This document shows, one piece after another, positions 27,301-38,300 of a stretch of 64,000 nt of DNA (positions are counted from its first letter, which is position 1; each line of letters starts with the position of its first letter). The notes under the pieces are model-generated. The model was given only the letters and a program-made list of their open reading frames with translations. It made no database searches and had not been told where the DNA came from. This DNA comes from Lingula anatina (taxonomy: Eukaryota; Animalia; Brachiopoda). Position numbers and translations under genes: made by a program. The DNA lies in assembly GCA_051362555.1 (NCBI GenBank), contig CM120646.1, positions 744,001 through 808,000 on the forward strand, written 5' to 3'.

Positions 27301-30300
27301 GATGAGGACCTATGTCGCTTTCTCCCAGGATTTCCTGGATATCAGCAGTATGCCTCAGTGGAAACCTATGCTGTACACTGTCTCCTTCCTACACACTGTG
27401 GTACAGGTAAGACTACATTAAGACAGGTCTGAAGACAGCAACTAGTCTTACAGTTAAATCTAATAGTCTGATACAATATTCTAGTTTGATGTATATATCC
27501 TTGAGTATATATTGAGTCCTCGTGGAATTGGATTGATACACGTACATAGTCCGATGGTGTACGTCTATAGAAATGGGTCTTAGTAACATTTTGTTTTCTT
27601 GATGATCACCAGCAGACTTGTGTCTGTATATGTAATCTCTACATTCCAGGAGCGTCGTAAGTTTGGTCCTCTTGGCTGGAACATTCCATATGAGTTCAAC
27701 TCTGCTGACTTGACTGCCAGTGTGCAGTTTATCCAGAACCATTTGGATGACATGGACGTCAAGAAGGTAAGGATTTGTAGATTATTTATTTATTTATTTA
27801 TTAAATGGTGGATGAGTAGGAGTTATGCTCTGGTTCATAAGCCCAGTTTTCTTTTTATTATTTTTATGTACAGACACAGATGAACTGATGAATATTCAAA
27901 ATAGGCAGGTCAAGTTCGAAAATCAGCATGATCGGGCCATTTTTAGGGAAGTTATGCTTTTTTTTTCACTTTTTTCAGCATATATGCAACACCGTAAACA
28001 CGATAAGTGAAAAACTGTATTACATTTTGGCTTGAAACTTACAGTACTGATGAATATTCATAATACGCCAGTTAAGTTCGAAAATCAGCATGATCGGGTC
28101 ATTTTTAGGAAAGTTATGCTTTTTTTTCACTTTTTTCAGCATATATGCAACACCGTAAACACGATAAGTGAAAAACTGTATTACATTTTGGCTTGAAACT
28201 TACAGTACTGATGAATATTCATAATACGCCGGTTAAGTTCGAAAATCAGCATGATCGGGTAATTTTTAGGGAAGTTGTGCTTTTTTTTCACTTTTTTCAG
28301 CATATATGCAACACCGTAAACACGATAAGTGAAAATCTGTATTACATTTTGGTTTGAAACTTACAGAACTGATGAATATTCATAATTCGCCGGTCAAGTT
28401 CGAAAATCAGCATGATTGGGTAATTTTTAGGGAAGTTATGCTTTTTTTTCACTTTTTTCAGCATATATGCAACACCGTAAACACAATATAAGAAAAACAG
28501 ATTGGCCAATTGTCATTGTACTCACAGGAGTGGTCAATCTTACTAAAATGCAGGTTGAGTTCAAAAATCAGTATAATCGGGCCATTATTTTAGGAGTTAT
28601 GCTGTTTTTTCACAATTCCTCAGATTCAATTCTTAGGCATGTTAACAGTCTCATAATTGAACTAATAAGAAATGTAAAAGTGTTTGTTTGATATTTCCTG
28701 CATCTTTACAACATTTTTAGCTGATTATGTAAAAATGATGGTAAACTTGTTATTGTGTATTGTGTAATAAAGTGTCAAAAATGGAAATAAACTCATATCA
28801 TTGCAGTTTGTCAGATGCATTCATCCACTATGTTCAGAATCTCAGAATGGAGGAAGTTGGACATTTAACACTGTTCTATTGATACTTTTCCCATCTCATC
28901 AATTTTCTTCATTGGTCATATAAAAATGGCAGTAAAATGTTTATTTTGTTTTATGTTAAAATAGTGTTAAAAATGGAAATAAACCCATTTCAGAACAGTG
29001 CTGTCTTGTTTACATTTTGGCATTTTTATGTACAGACACAGATGTGTCTGTACATATTGCCATCACCTGCGTCTGTCGTCGCCGTCGCCGATGCCGTCGC
29101 CGTGCACTTTCCTTGTAAACACGATAAGTGGAAGGCAGTTTTACTTTTTGGCTTTATATTTACAGAGCTGATGAATATTCATAAAATGCAGGTCAAGTTC
29201 GAAAATCAGCATGATCGGGCCATTATTGTAGAAGTTATGCTGTTTTTTCACTTTTCAGCATATATGCAACCTTGTAAACACATGTTAAGGAAAACCGTTA
29301 GGCCTGTTGTCATGACACTCACAGGAATAATCAATCTTACTAAAACGCAGGTCAAGTTCGAAAATCAGCATGATCGGGCCACTGTTTTAGTAGTTATGCG
29401 GTTTTTTCATTGTTCAGCATATATGCAACACTGTAAACACAATATAAGAAAAACAGTAAGCCCAATTGTCATTAAACTCACAGGAATGGTCAGTCTTACT
29501 AGAACGCAGGTTGAGTTTGAAAATCAGCATAATCGGGGCATTATTTTAGAAGTTATGCTGTTTTTTCACATTTCCTCAGATTTCCTCAGATTTAATTCTT
29601 AGGCATGTTAATAGCCTTATTATTTAAGTAATAAGATACGTAAAAGTGTTTGTTTGACATTTCCTGCATCTTTACAACATTGTTAGTTGATTATGTAAAA
29701 ATGATGGTAAACTTGTTATCGTGTATTGTGTAATAAAGTGTCAAAAATGGAAATAAACTCATATCATTGCAGTTTGTCGGATTCAATCATTCACTATGTT
29801 CAGAATCTCAGAATGGAAGAAATTGGACATTTAACACTGTTCTATTGATATTTTTCACATCTCATCAATTTTCTTAGTTGATCTTATAAAAATGGCAGTA
29901 ACCTATTAATTTTGTTTTATGTTAAAAAAGTGTTAAAGTAGGAAATACAGTCTGTTTGGTAATTCTTGCTGCCAGTTAAACAGTTATTTTGTGAAAATTT
30001 AATTTTTCACATATTGGCATTTTCAAGGTGTGACTTTGAAGTTCCACGGGCTTGAAGACTCATGCTAGTCACATTTTCTGAAAATCCATGATACGTATAT
30101 TTTATTATTAAAATTGAGTTATTATGCTGTAAACTATTATGTAATATTGCATCAGAATAGAAGAAAACACAATTTTGGGTGCTGCTGCCATGATGACCAT
30201 TATGGGAAAACCATGTTACTTATGATTGCCAAACTTTCAAAAAAGAAATACAGGACTAAAATGCAGTCTGAGTTGGAAAAGCAGTCTAAGGAACTTCTTT

Positions 30301-33300
30301 TTCTGGAAGTTATACATTTTCAAAGTGTAAACTTGTCACATATTTTAATTACATTGGTATTACCTGTTGAGGATAATTAAAATTTGATGTTGAATTTGCA
30401 GTTTAACATAATGTATTTTTGCATCAGAATTGACAGTAGCCTATTTTGTGCATAGTTATTTCCTGTTTTTTGTCTGTACATTTGACAGCTTTGCTGCCTT
30501 GTTTTAATAATTGCATGCATTATATCTATTATCTCTCTTAAAAATGCTTTAAAAAGGTTTAGTTTACCAGTTTGGTAATTTGTCTCGAAATTAATTTCAC
30601 ATGCTTGTCCAGAAAGTTTCATCTCATCATGCTGTTGCAATTTTTTGTGGTATGATTATAACAGGTTATATTCACCAAATGCAAGTTAAAATAATAATAA
30701 ACTTATCAGGCAGCATTTCTATAACAACAGCCCCATTTGTTTTCCATTTGTTGGTGTCATTATGATCATGTGTCTTTCCCCAGGGCCCCTCCTGGAACAC
30801 AGTCCGTTACATGCTGGGAGAAGTACAGTATGGAGGGAGGGTCACCGATGATTATGACAAGAGACTCCTCAATACATTTGCTAAGGTGATTGACCCTAGT
30901 GTTGAAAGATGAAAAATTGTGATTATTTGCAACTGTTAGTCCAATCTGCCTGAGAAGCCCTTTTATATGCCTTTTACGGACAGGCTTAAACAGCAATTAA
31001 CATAACATGCATCTTTGCTCACATGACGTCAAGTCTGAGAAGAGTTGAAATGAAATGGATTAAAGTGTAAAATCTAACCAAGTCATAGAATACTGGGGTG
31101 TGGCCTTAATTTAATATCCTTCTGCTATTTGTTTAGGTGTGGTTCTGTGATGCAATGTTCAGTGACAGCTTCCAGTTCTACATTGGCTATAAGATCCCCA
31201 AGTGTAAAACTGTGGAGCAACATTTGGCCTTCATAGAAGAACTCCCCACAGTGGACTCACCTGAAGCTTTTGGTCTGCACCCCAATGCAGATATCACGTA
31301 AGTGCTGATAAGTTTGATTAACACAAGTTTGTAATGTCTTTGGGAACTGCTTTTATTTTTAACTCTCTGTTAAAAAAAAATCAAATGAAGACGTGAGAAA
31401 AATTTTTTGCCACAAAGAATCATTAGAACAATGTTTAAAATCTTATTTATTTGCAAGCTTGATATCAGGCATTTCTCATGAGTTTCTAAGTTTTGCCACT
31501 TACTTTAAAATTCATAATTAAGAGGAATTTATGGAGAAGTTTGCACCAGTTTTCAAGCAAAAATGGGAACTTAAAATATGCCAACAATACTCCATAATCA
31601 GTGGTTTATTTCACAAGGTTATTTAAGTACTTGTGCTAATGTTTATTATTATGTTCCAGTTACCAGGGTAACACAGCCAAGGAGGTCCTAGACACCATAG
31701 TGAACATCCAGCCCAAGGAGGGTGGGGGAGGAGGTGGAGAGACCAGGGAGAGTGTGGTCTTCAAGCTGGCAGATGATATGTTATCTAAGTTACCCCAGGA
31801 CTATCTGCCTCATGAGGTATGGTAACCTTTTAAGTAAAGTTATTTTACTTCACATGCTGAATACTGCTAGTCCTTCTCTATTCTTTGTGCCTCTTATTGG
31901 AACAGCTTTGATTTTTTTTTTTCTCATTGATATTCTGATGAGAATAATATATTGTAATGAATGTTGTTCATTTGTAGGTCAGAGACAGACTGAAGAAGAT
32001 GGGTATCTTGCAGCCTCTGAATATCTTCCTGAAACAGGAGATAGACCGCATGCAGAAGGTGATCACTGTGGTACGCACCACTCTCTCAGACCTGAAACTG
32101 GCCATTGAGGGTACCATTATCATGAGTGAGGTAAAGATTACTTAACATGGTTATATTTTCCTGTCTGATAACCAAATAATCAGGACTTATTCCTAAACTT
32201 ACATCATGATTTAGAATTCTTATGGTTACAGCCCACTTGAAGCTTTTTACACATGCCATCAGACATCACATTGGGTGTGATGAAAGTTACAGGGACAATT
32301 TGTCAGCATAACCAGATTATGAATAAATATGTTCCAATATCATTGGAAAGATAAACTTTCCCTGTAAAAGAAAAATGGAAGTATTAGTGTGAGTGTTTTG
32401 TAAGGTGCATCAATGTAGCTTAATGTCCAATGTGTTAATGATATAGTGTCATAATACTTCATCATATCATCACAGTAATCTCACTTCTACCACATCTTAG
32501 AACCTGAGAGATGCCCTGGACAACATGTATGATGCCCGTGTGCCAGCCCTGTGGAGGAAGATCTCCTGGCAGTCCACCACTCTGGGCTTCTGGTTTACTG
32601 AGATGCTGGAGAGAAATGACCAGTTCTTTACATGGATCTTTGAGGGCAGACCCAAGTATTTCTGGATGACAGGGTTCTTCAATCCACAGGGTATGGGGAA
32701 TGTACAATACAGAAGAATAGTGTGGGGATGTTTTCATTTTGATTGCAAAGAATATGATTGGAAAAAAATGGAACTTGCTTTGATATCATATTGCTTTTCA
32801 TCCTATTTAAGGGAGCTTGTTTTATAGTTGTTTCATTATTGTGAACTGCCATCCATAAACAAGACAGCAGAAACATGTATTTTTGATAATCCTAAATTTA
32901 CCTCGAAATGCAGGCTACATAACCCTGTATACTTAATTATCCTGAAGTTACACGTACCTTAAAGAAATGCAGGCTAGCCCTGTTTAATTGATAAATATAA
33001 ATCCTGTATACTTGCAGGTTTCCTGACAGCCATGAGACAGGAAGTAACAAGAGCTCACAAAGGCTGGGCTCTAGACTCTGTCACACTGCACAATGACGTC
33101 ACCAAGTATCTCAAGGAAGATGTCACCTCTGCTCCTTCTGTACGTGCATTAATGAGTTATTGTTATTCAGATAAAAACATGCTGCATGATAAAAATGCAG
33201 TGGTTATATGTACTGTAACAATAGTTGCTGAAATTATCTGAATTTCGTTAGCTGTAGAAATGCTTTGATTGAGTTCGAAATTTTGTAACACTTGTCATTT

Positions 33301-33723
33301 TACAGTTTTACAGTTGACCGAATAACAAATTCAGAATGAAGAAAATTTGAATAAAATAAATACATTAATAAAGAAACCAGAAACATATTAACCAGAGTTC
33401 ACACTAACAGATGACATTGTATCTCTCATCCCCAGGAGGGTGTCTATATCTATGGCCTATACTTGGATGGTGCTGCCTGGGACAGGAAGAACTGCCGCCT
33501 GGTAGACTCCCAGCCCAAGGTCCTCTTTGTCCAGATGCCAGTAGTCCACATGTATGCCATCAACTCCACTGCCCCCAAGGACCCCAAGCTGTACCAGTGT
33601 CCTGTGTATAAGAAGCCACATCGCACAGATCTCACCTATATCACTTTTATTGTCCTGCGTACTGCCGTCAGCCCAGACCACTGGACCTTGAGAGGTGTGG
33701 CTGCTCTCTGTGATATTAAGTAA
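145..33723 (+). CDS. DNAH5: Axonemal dynein heavy chain, outer-arm DNAH5/DNAH8-like; 5'-partial (stalk/MTBD, AAA5, AAA6, C-terminal domain), 26 exons, ~1326 aa in window
   Basis: GT-AG exons with continuous phase: 145-312, 568-783, 1142-1279, 1520-1647, 5643-5811, 8978-9133, 9467-9712, 9874-9966, 10181-10285, 10577-10715, 10933-11047, 11352-11542, 11920-12041, 25215-25333, 26072-26274, 26490-26563, 26678-26830, 27251-27406, 27650-27766, 30784-30885, 31137-31297, 31660-31816, 31978-32130, 32501-32690, 33018-33139, 33436-33723 (3981 nt). Motifs [71 protein letters not shown] and terminal [17 protein letters not shown]5 vs DNAH8 orthology is not resolvable by eye. Confidence 0.95.
1949..5430 (+). 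mobile_element. Helentron-associated non-autonomous element (HINE/DINE-1-like), family 1, in dynein intron 4
   Basis: 5' subTIR attgtaccaccagc (1949-1962) with adjacent inverted copy gctggcggtaca (1969-1980), GTCC/CCG-rich tract, central 146-bp array, 3' subTIR gctggtggtacaat (5378-5391), hairpin gaggc-agtatc-gcctc (5397-5412), terminal tctagttttt. Confidence 0.85.
2925..5222. repeat. Tandem array, 146-bp unit, ~16 copies (internal to HINE family 1)
   Basis: tctccaaaactggc recurs at 2931, 3077, 3223, 3369 ... 4975 (146-bp period), with a degenerate last copy at ~5121. Confidence 0.95.
5917..8839. mobile_element. Probable non-autonomous TIR DNA transposon filling most of dynein intron 5
   Basis: 19-bp perfect inverted repeat gtcattctttgctagtggt (5917-5935) / accactagcaaagaatgac (8821-8839); no transposase ORF; TSD not clear. 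Confidence 0.55.
6923..7709. mobile_element. Foldback/MITE-like insertion with 8-9 bp target-site duplication (Mutator- or Merlin-like), nested in the 5917-8839 element
   Basis: Flanking direct repeat (c)taaaggtc at 6914-6922 and 7709-7717; termini ggggtccg...cgtaccc; long imperfect inverted arms built from atagatc/gatctat and acgtctctatac/gtatagagacgt motifs. Confidence 0.65.
13500..14780. repeat. Tandem array, ~161-bp unit, ~7-8 copies (HINE family 2 core); further copies at 12540-13000 and 27880-28620
   Basis: c(c/t)gataacacgataa recurs at ~13506, 13667, 13828, 13989, 14151, 14312; each unit contains caggtcaagttcgaaaatcagcatga. Confidence 0.9.
17351..20794 (-). CDS. LINE ORF2: apurinic endonuclease + reverse transcriptase + C-terminal Cys/His zinc-finger-like domain, 1147 aa
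   Basis: APE motifs NIRGL, ETF, GDFNAR, VDY, SDH; RT motifs [48 protein letters not shown]; C-terminal [17 protein letters not shown]; no stops or frameshifts. Confidence 0.97.
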   Translation of the reverse strand: MLRIGMRNIRGLAKKLTDENFVEMVENFDIFICVETFSTLRSKMVLPSGTHGHFYKIKTKKKTKGRPSGGIVIYYRKQFSGALHVMSSKSENTLWIRLPGQCFGLQKDLFVCAVYIKPKNGRFDEATFDILEEEIAQYQSDGMICLMGDFNARTGTLPDYIKNDNTHGIPVPGSHPTDMLTPARNNLDSIINSQGRTLVELCISSNLRILNGRVLGNSLGYYTCYNQNGCSAVDYAVLSDKLVDSVKYFTVHPIDYISDHCLLDLTIASKGFKESPKIIPLQKFKDQYIWGNDSADKFLSELESEKNIEAICEFQTTTFPTTKEGVNKACQSFNKILDGAASASLRTKRMSKKNSNPRKGNKKQPWFDNQCIEVKRNVKHLGRLLHKNPNNHFISHTYHQACKKYKQLLKKKKQEHKDNLLEKLLNIEEKNPKEFWQIIKKLKKEEDQNNLIAPDVWHNYFQQLCGIPPPGDNDIDDELKKYEDCPGNPKLDDPITILEVQKALRKLKNGKAPGADSIRNEMLKTGRPYLTGAMTKIFNLVLNSGEIPDAWNLGIVIPLYKSGECLDPSNYRGLCITSCLGKLFNSILANRLTDLIEKEGKLSEEQGGFRPSYRTTDHIFTLKSIINRYTNQNRKVYACFIDFKKAFDSVWHKGLLLKLQKLGIGGKFYNLIKHMYKNTKLGISTGNSYTKPFFAKIGIRQGDNLSPTLFNIFIDDIKESFHTCKATDKVDGINHILYADDLVLLSRTKDGLQNLLNKLEQYCQKWKLHINTKKTKIMVFRKKGKLDHQTKFYINDEPIEEVKQYPYLGIVFSNTGSLKEAIENLKKKALKALFSLKGALASQNISKPLLCMNLFDKLIKPILLYGSEVWSQEILKQKNMSLKKINKMPFEQVHLKFCKWILGLRKQASNTMSRAELGRYPIFPTIAKLVQRYSLRLEQLPDNRIVKQVYNLEQDTKGNTWTESIQSFHNCWGFSEDNNPPKKLHQIENLVEKLNIKIEKLFWQELNSSTSNKLRTYKTIKKSYECENYIKMSVSPLDIKTLAKIRLSDHDLAIERGRYTNPKTPLDERKCKACNCVEDEKHFLTECTRYTVERQRMHDELLKISVVGLDDSDQILSILLNPPCHKSLKVIAEFVKTAVKIHSSPEI
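21350..23593 (-). CDS. LINE ORF1: N-terminal J(DnaJ)-like domain, coiled coil, Pro/Thr-rich linker, C-terminal SGNH esterase (747 aa from first ATG)
   Basis: First ATG at 23591-23593 (the ORF track starts at a non-ATG codon). [20 protein letters not shown]...[19 protein letters not shown] is J-domain-like; heptad region [11 protein letters not shown]...[12 protein letters not shown]; SGNH blocks IVSSS, SGG, IGSNN, DGIHLN. Confidence 0.88.
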   Translation of the reverse strand: MEDNHYTKLGVKPNATAEEIRDAFTSKASNLNEFNGNTQILLQEYSEAYHKLINPKSRLVYDQENRIESDYDYQDEYYGPNIVSTTHNAQCAIVGISTVPLVKKWFEACKSYHKQATEDVVNSGSGSQLKFPYIGSMGSKLGHVSLTFYSTAKSKKIHIQGAAYMLWLANDYPKIAMLISTPKKIQPAVAASQTVVQTEITEITSKSAEEFDTAILDNSQTELKKPTKPRHSSTPKGFKTGKLYSSPKNMKSEREICKIQETLQTIENQYSVLMLKTADKERQDTKNSNEKLQAIEEQLTGLTTVNAEQYKDLKDTLTRLTAQLTTLSDQVGKLGCQLTAKQTTSVNEGTQCAFIPTITATSDTGTQCDIPPPQSPTTNCGVQCIIDVTDNCTSPQAPAEMPLPNNGPGNKESQISETTGNLLMKPTPLPVLTSIKLNHVETSNMTCSPVSTIQVGEEDPLPSSTNTIPSSGAAQNKSFPPKGKVTETLDVQPQITTTPTNSDGTSIQYPLNTEKGPGHTRWNIKINTGPLDNAIVSSSIGKGLNANKIFPGTNSHCFALSGGQISDAKAVIEESNWGSPKTISLIIGSNNIQKQQPRETCDELKSLITSVKQKYPDTEIIVSNILPRWGNWSFNKKAQETNTLTQRYCQSLENVTYIQNTDITDKRWLFSHDGIHLNFKGTISLARNIKQAARHTPRRTFPAHHVHQHRRNNDIHQPQPVPQKDSNIGNELKMLRDCLIKLEHKLR
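23717..24168. repeat. Tandem duplication (248-bp offset) of the LINE 5' end plus host flank, with a short spacer made of junction fragments
   Basis: 23717-23920 matches 23965-24168; 23921-23964 is a rearranged fragment (tgatgattcagttgcatattagtagct + aataataaggaagc). Confidence 0.9.
24219..24330. repeat. (TA)n microsatellite
   Basis: Near-pure TA run, ~110 bp. Confidence 0.95.
24382..24569 (+). mobile_element. Small HINE (family 3), ~190 bp, nested in the HINE-2 element
   Basis: subTIRs acctctgccaagg (24385-24397) / ccttggcagaggt (24528-24540), 3' hairpin gcactc-ttg-gagtgc (24543-24557), terminal ttctagtttt. Confidence 0.85.
25657..26128 (+). repeat. 80-bp tandem repeat x6 spanning the 3' splice site and first 57 nt of dynein exon 15
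   Basis: aatattcacag|gtcctggtgtccagaccg... starts at 25661, 25741, 25821, 25901, 25981, 26061; only the last copy continues into coding sequence. Confidence 0.97.
27861..30505 (+). mobile_element. Second composite HINE family 2 copy (5' ends at ~27861 and ~29024), dynein intron 19
   Basis: tttttatgtacagacacagatg at ~27861 and ~29024, ~160-bp units, shared internal blocks with 12424-16560, 3' end tgtctgtacatttgacagctttgctgccttgtttt at 30471-30505. Confidence 0.8.
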
Positions 33724-33928
33724 ACCTATTCCAGCTGTTTGTTTTTTGTTGATGTTTGCTCATTTTTTTTTTCCAGTTACGATGTCAGAAAAATATAGGG
33801 ACAGACTATATCCAAGAGAATTCATAGAACAATGAGAATGGAAACACCTTGAAATTTGACTTCAAAGATACCAAGTATTTCTGCACATATTGATGTTAAG
33901 AATGAATTTTACACTTGTTGCTGTTCTT

Positions 33929-34122
33929 AATAAAATATAAAATACCTTATTAAACACTAATGAATATTTTTTCATAAAGGACTGGTAAAAACACTTTTTA
34001 GATTGTATGTTTCTATATTGTATTGTATTTTAAATTGATATTCAGCAATAAATTGTTAAATATAAAAAATATAGTCTTTATTGAGTGCTATATATGCACC
34101 ACAATTTTTGAAATTCAATAAA
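33929..34122 (+). promoter_or_regulatory. Candidate polyadenylation signals of the dynein gene
   Basis: AATAAA at 33929-33934, 34047-34052 and 34117-34122, downstream of the stop at 33721-33723; which one is used is unknown. Confidence 0.5.
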
Positions 34123-35347
34123 CTTAACATTCCCTGTCAATTTAGGCAGTTGTATCTTTAGGTTTAATCTCAGATGTAGACTAATAATGCTGCCAATCTA
34201 GAATAATAATGACTGCTGAAGGTCACATCAGCATTTCGTAAGTGATGCAAAATAAAGAAAATTAAAATTTGACAGGTGGGTCACATCTAGATTTGTCTAT
34301 CTAGATCACTGTTGTGGCAATGTATCTGTCCAAATACCCATCTTTGGGTACAGTATGCACAATATATTCCATTTTCTGTTGCCTGGCATTGCTCTTAAAA
34401 CTTAAAGGTACAGAATTAACAAAGTCTAAATTCCAAAGGAAAGTAGTTCCAAACACATTTGCAGCCTCAAAAAGTCTGATATTCAGTAAGGTGGACAGGC
34501 GGAAGTTTATTTTGTTGTTTTTGGCACTGGGAACTTGTTTTCACAAATATTAGGCACAAGATGTTCTTCAGGTCCAGGAAACTGGCATCATTCCTTTGCA
34601 GCTAATGTAACTGAGATGTTCTGAAAATTATAATTATAACTTTTTTATGTTTGAACAATTAAGGTTGACCATCCTGCTTTACAAAATAAGTTGGTATATA
34701 TGGACAAAAAAGGTTTCTGAAAGTTATGCTTCCTTGATTTCACATTTTTATTACAAAAACAACTTTTGAAAAAAGAATATAATCAAATATGTAAACCATA
34801 ACTGAACAAGAACAGTAATATCCTAATAATAAACAATGGACCAGAGGTAAGTGATTTTCCTTTTTTCTAGATTTCCATTTTTAAACTTTTCTGGGATAAT
34901 TGCACAACAGCTTCAATTTTCAGGCCCCCCCCCCCCCCCTAAAAGTCACATCCCTGACACTAGTATGATATCCTTTGTATAAGATATGGTGTACAGACAG
35001 AATATGCAACATTGAGTTCTTTTAAATTTCAACTTCAAAAGGTTTTTATTTGTGACTTAGGAAAAACTGGTCTTTGCCAACTGGTATGGACTATTTTGAA
35101 CAAACTTACCACGCATATCACATGAAGAAGTTACCACTGATGTGTTTAGTTCTGCCATCTTCTAACTGATAAAAGAAATTAAAACTATTAAGTCTTTAAT
35201 GCCACAACAAGATGCTTACTTGCACCTTCTTAATAAATTAATTCGAAAAGAAGTAACAGATAATAAGTACAATACTAATACAAAAAATAATAAGGACAGC
35301 CAATGACTTGAGAATTTCAAAACTAAGACCTGCCAGGGAAAAATGAC

Positions 35348-38300
35348 TCAAAGAAATTTAACAAGGTTTCTGCAAAATGTGTTTTTTTTTCTTTTTTCAT
35401 ATTGCATATTATTCCACGTACAATTGTTTGGTTCCCTCTGCCAGGAGCCACCATTGGAGTTCCATTGTTGGGACTGAGAATGTCCATTCCACTGATTACA
35501 TCCATAACCTAAATATACACAGAAAAAACTGACATGAGATAAAGTTACGATGAAAAAGCATTCACTCTGGAACACCCACTCTTTTAGCCAGTATAATATT
35601 TTTAGTCAAAATATAATAAGAAAAAAATAATTGTTTTTAAAATCTAATAGTCAATAGCAAAAAGTCATTGGAACATTTGTTTATTATAAATATAAGAGAA
35701 ATTACCTTGATTATTTCCCCAGTTATTGTTGTTATTATTATTATTGGACCACTCCTGTGAATAAGATTCATTCTGCCATCTGTTATTCCAAGACCCTTGG
35801 TTACTGTTGCCATAGCAATCTCCCTGTCCCATTTGTGAATTATACCCATAGTCTGAAATGAACACGAAGGATGTTTGAGAAGACTCCAAAGGAAATCAAA
35901 TTATAATACGGCAGTTCATAGTTTCATTTCATGGGCATATAATATACATATATTACTACAGTAATGAATTCATACAAAACATTTTTTTTACTTACTTATT
36001 TATTCATTTTATTTATTTTATTTTACTTCTTTTTTTTTTTTTTTTTTTTTTGATTTGGTGTAAACATCACTTTTTCTGCAAAAAATAAAGAACTGAATCC
36101 AGTAGGGGTTAATTATATTTTAAAGAAGAATGTAACATGCATGCAAGACTTCATGCCCATTGATTGAAAATCAGATCATTACAGATTAATGAATAATTTC
36201 ATGGTAACCATGATATTATGATAACAGTTATTTGGAGCTACTCAGAGTTCCAAGGAAAAGTGATCATGTTAGCCCCAGCTTCATGTAAAAGAAAAAAAGG
36301 GTGTTTGTAAGAAATGTGAGTGAGAAAGAATGAGATTATTTATTAGAGAGAGAAATAGAGTGAGTGAGAGTATGAGGGTGTGTAAGAGAGAGAGAAAAGG
36401 AGAAAATGTTAGAGAATGGTGCCATCGATTTAAGTACTATGTGATCATACTTAATGTGCTCTTTTATTCCATAGATAAACGTTACACACATACCTTGAGC
36501 ATTTGTCCCATTCCTGTTGTCATATTCCCAGTTATTTCCAAAGTTATCGGAGGTAAAATCAGTCTCCTCCTGCCGTCCTTGATCCCAGTTATCTTGCTGA
36601 TAATCACCAGAATAAAATTCACCATTTCTATCTAGTAGAGTTTTCCTATAAGGCTGCCTCCCTGAGCTTGATTTATTGTAGAACTGGCCTCGACCTCTAC
36701 CTCGGCCTCTGCCTCTCCCCCTACCTCTTCCTCTCCCCTGTCCTCTGCCAAATATGTTGGATTGGTCATGCCATGTAAAATAAGAGCCCTTTGATTTGAA
36801 TCTTTGTACCTTGTCTATTGCTTTGGACTCAAGAAGATAAGGCTTTTTGTATGACTTGTGTTCTTGTTTTTCATGGTATTGCATGGAACCCTTTTCTCCT
36901 TTGTAGAATTTGTGTTCGACTTTTTTCTCGTACAGTGTCTTATTTGGTGAATCTGAAAACTTTGAGTGAGAATTGTGCTTCTGATACTTCAATCCCTCAG
37001 ATTTGAATTTTTTAGTTGATTTTGTATCATCAAATGATTTCCTCACCTCTGTTGATGAGGATCTCTCTCGTTCTTTTGAGTTGCTATCATAACATCTTCT
37101 TTTGGATTTTGGTGGATTATGAGTATCTCCCTCCTGTTCATTATTTTGATTTCTTTTTGACTGTTCGTTCTTTTCTGCTTTTGAAGGCTTTCTCTTTCTT
37201 CTGTTTTTGTGTTCATCATAAGGTGATATTCTTTCTGTCTGTATTTTTTCATGGCTTTGACTGTCCACATCTTGCATCATTTCTTGGTTTCTTACGGGTG
37301 CAACACCGGCTTTTTCACATTCATTTTTTCCTGGCAGTGCATTATCTTTCCCTCCATTCTTGGTCAGTAACAGCTTCCCTTCACTAGTGTCTGGTTTCTG
37401 TTGTTTCCTGTTACTCTGGGAATTATCTTGTGTTGCTGAGTCACTCAAACATAAAACTTGTCTGGAGATGGCAGGTGGGCTGGTTGGTCGAAATCCTTCA
37501 GTTGGTCTTTGAACTTCCAACTGTGTGGAACAATTCTGCTCACATTTCTCTAAATCTTCAGCTGGTTTCTCTTTGGGCAGTCTGCTTTTCTCTAGGTTTT
37601 CACACTGTTCTTGTTTTTCGGCACTAGCTTCACCTTTTGAAATTTCAGGTCTATTTTGCTGCTGATCATACACTGCAGAGTGATTTGATTTGCATTCACT
37701 ATTCAGGTTGGCAGAAAGATTGTCAGAAACTTCACCCATAGGAGACTTATTTTCAAGCTGTTCATTAGATTTACATATGTTTACTGGCTGTGATGAAGCC
37801 TGGTCTTGTTCCTGTTGGATGGGTTTTGTTTGATCCTTGACCAATACAGGACCACCCCTAGTCTGTGGGATTTCACTCTGATCATCAACTCCACTATCAT
37901 TGCCTGCCCCTACTGGGTTTTGTCCTTGTTCAGGTGAGCTTTGGACAATTTTCAAGTTGTGGTCCTTTTTTATTAAGGATACACCAATCTGTGCTTCACT
38001 TCGTATAAGAATGGATGAACTGGGGTCAGAGACTGGTTCCTCTGGTTGCCTTACTGAAGATTGCTGTTTCTCTGTATCACATGTCTCCTGTGTCTTAACT
38101 TGGTGTTTCAACTCTTCATCCCCTTTCTCTTCTTTCACTGTTCCTTGTACACTTTTGGACTCTGGTTCCAGCAACTTACTAGGTTGGACATGTTTTTTGT
38201 CATCACCTATTTTTCTCATATTCATTTCAACTTTTTGATCTGATAGTCTCAATGTGACTTTCTGTTGAATCTGTGCTGAGGCCATTCCTTCATACTTTCT

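Noticed and set aside
28937-29602. 221-aa ORF in dynein intron 19, plus ORFs at 12370-12691 and 13450-13656
   Set aside because: Read-through of HINE-2 microsatellite and tandem units; no Rep/helicase or other motifs
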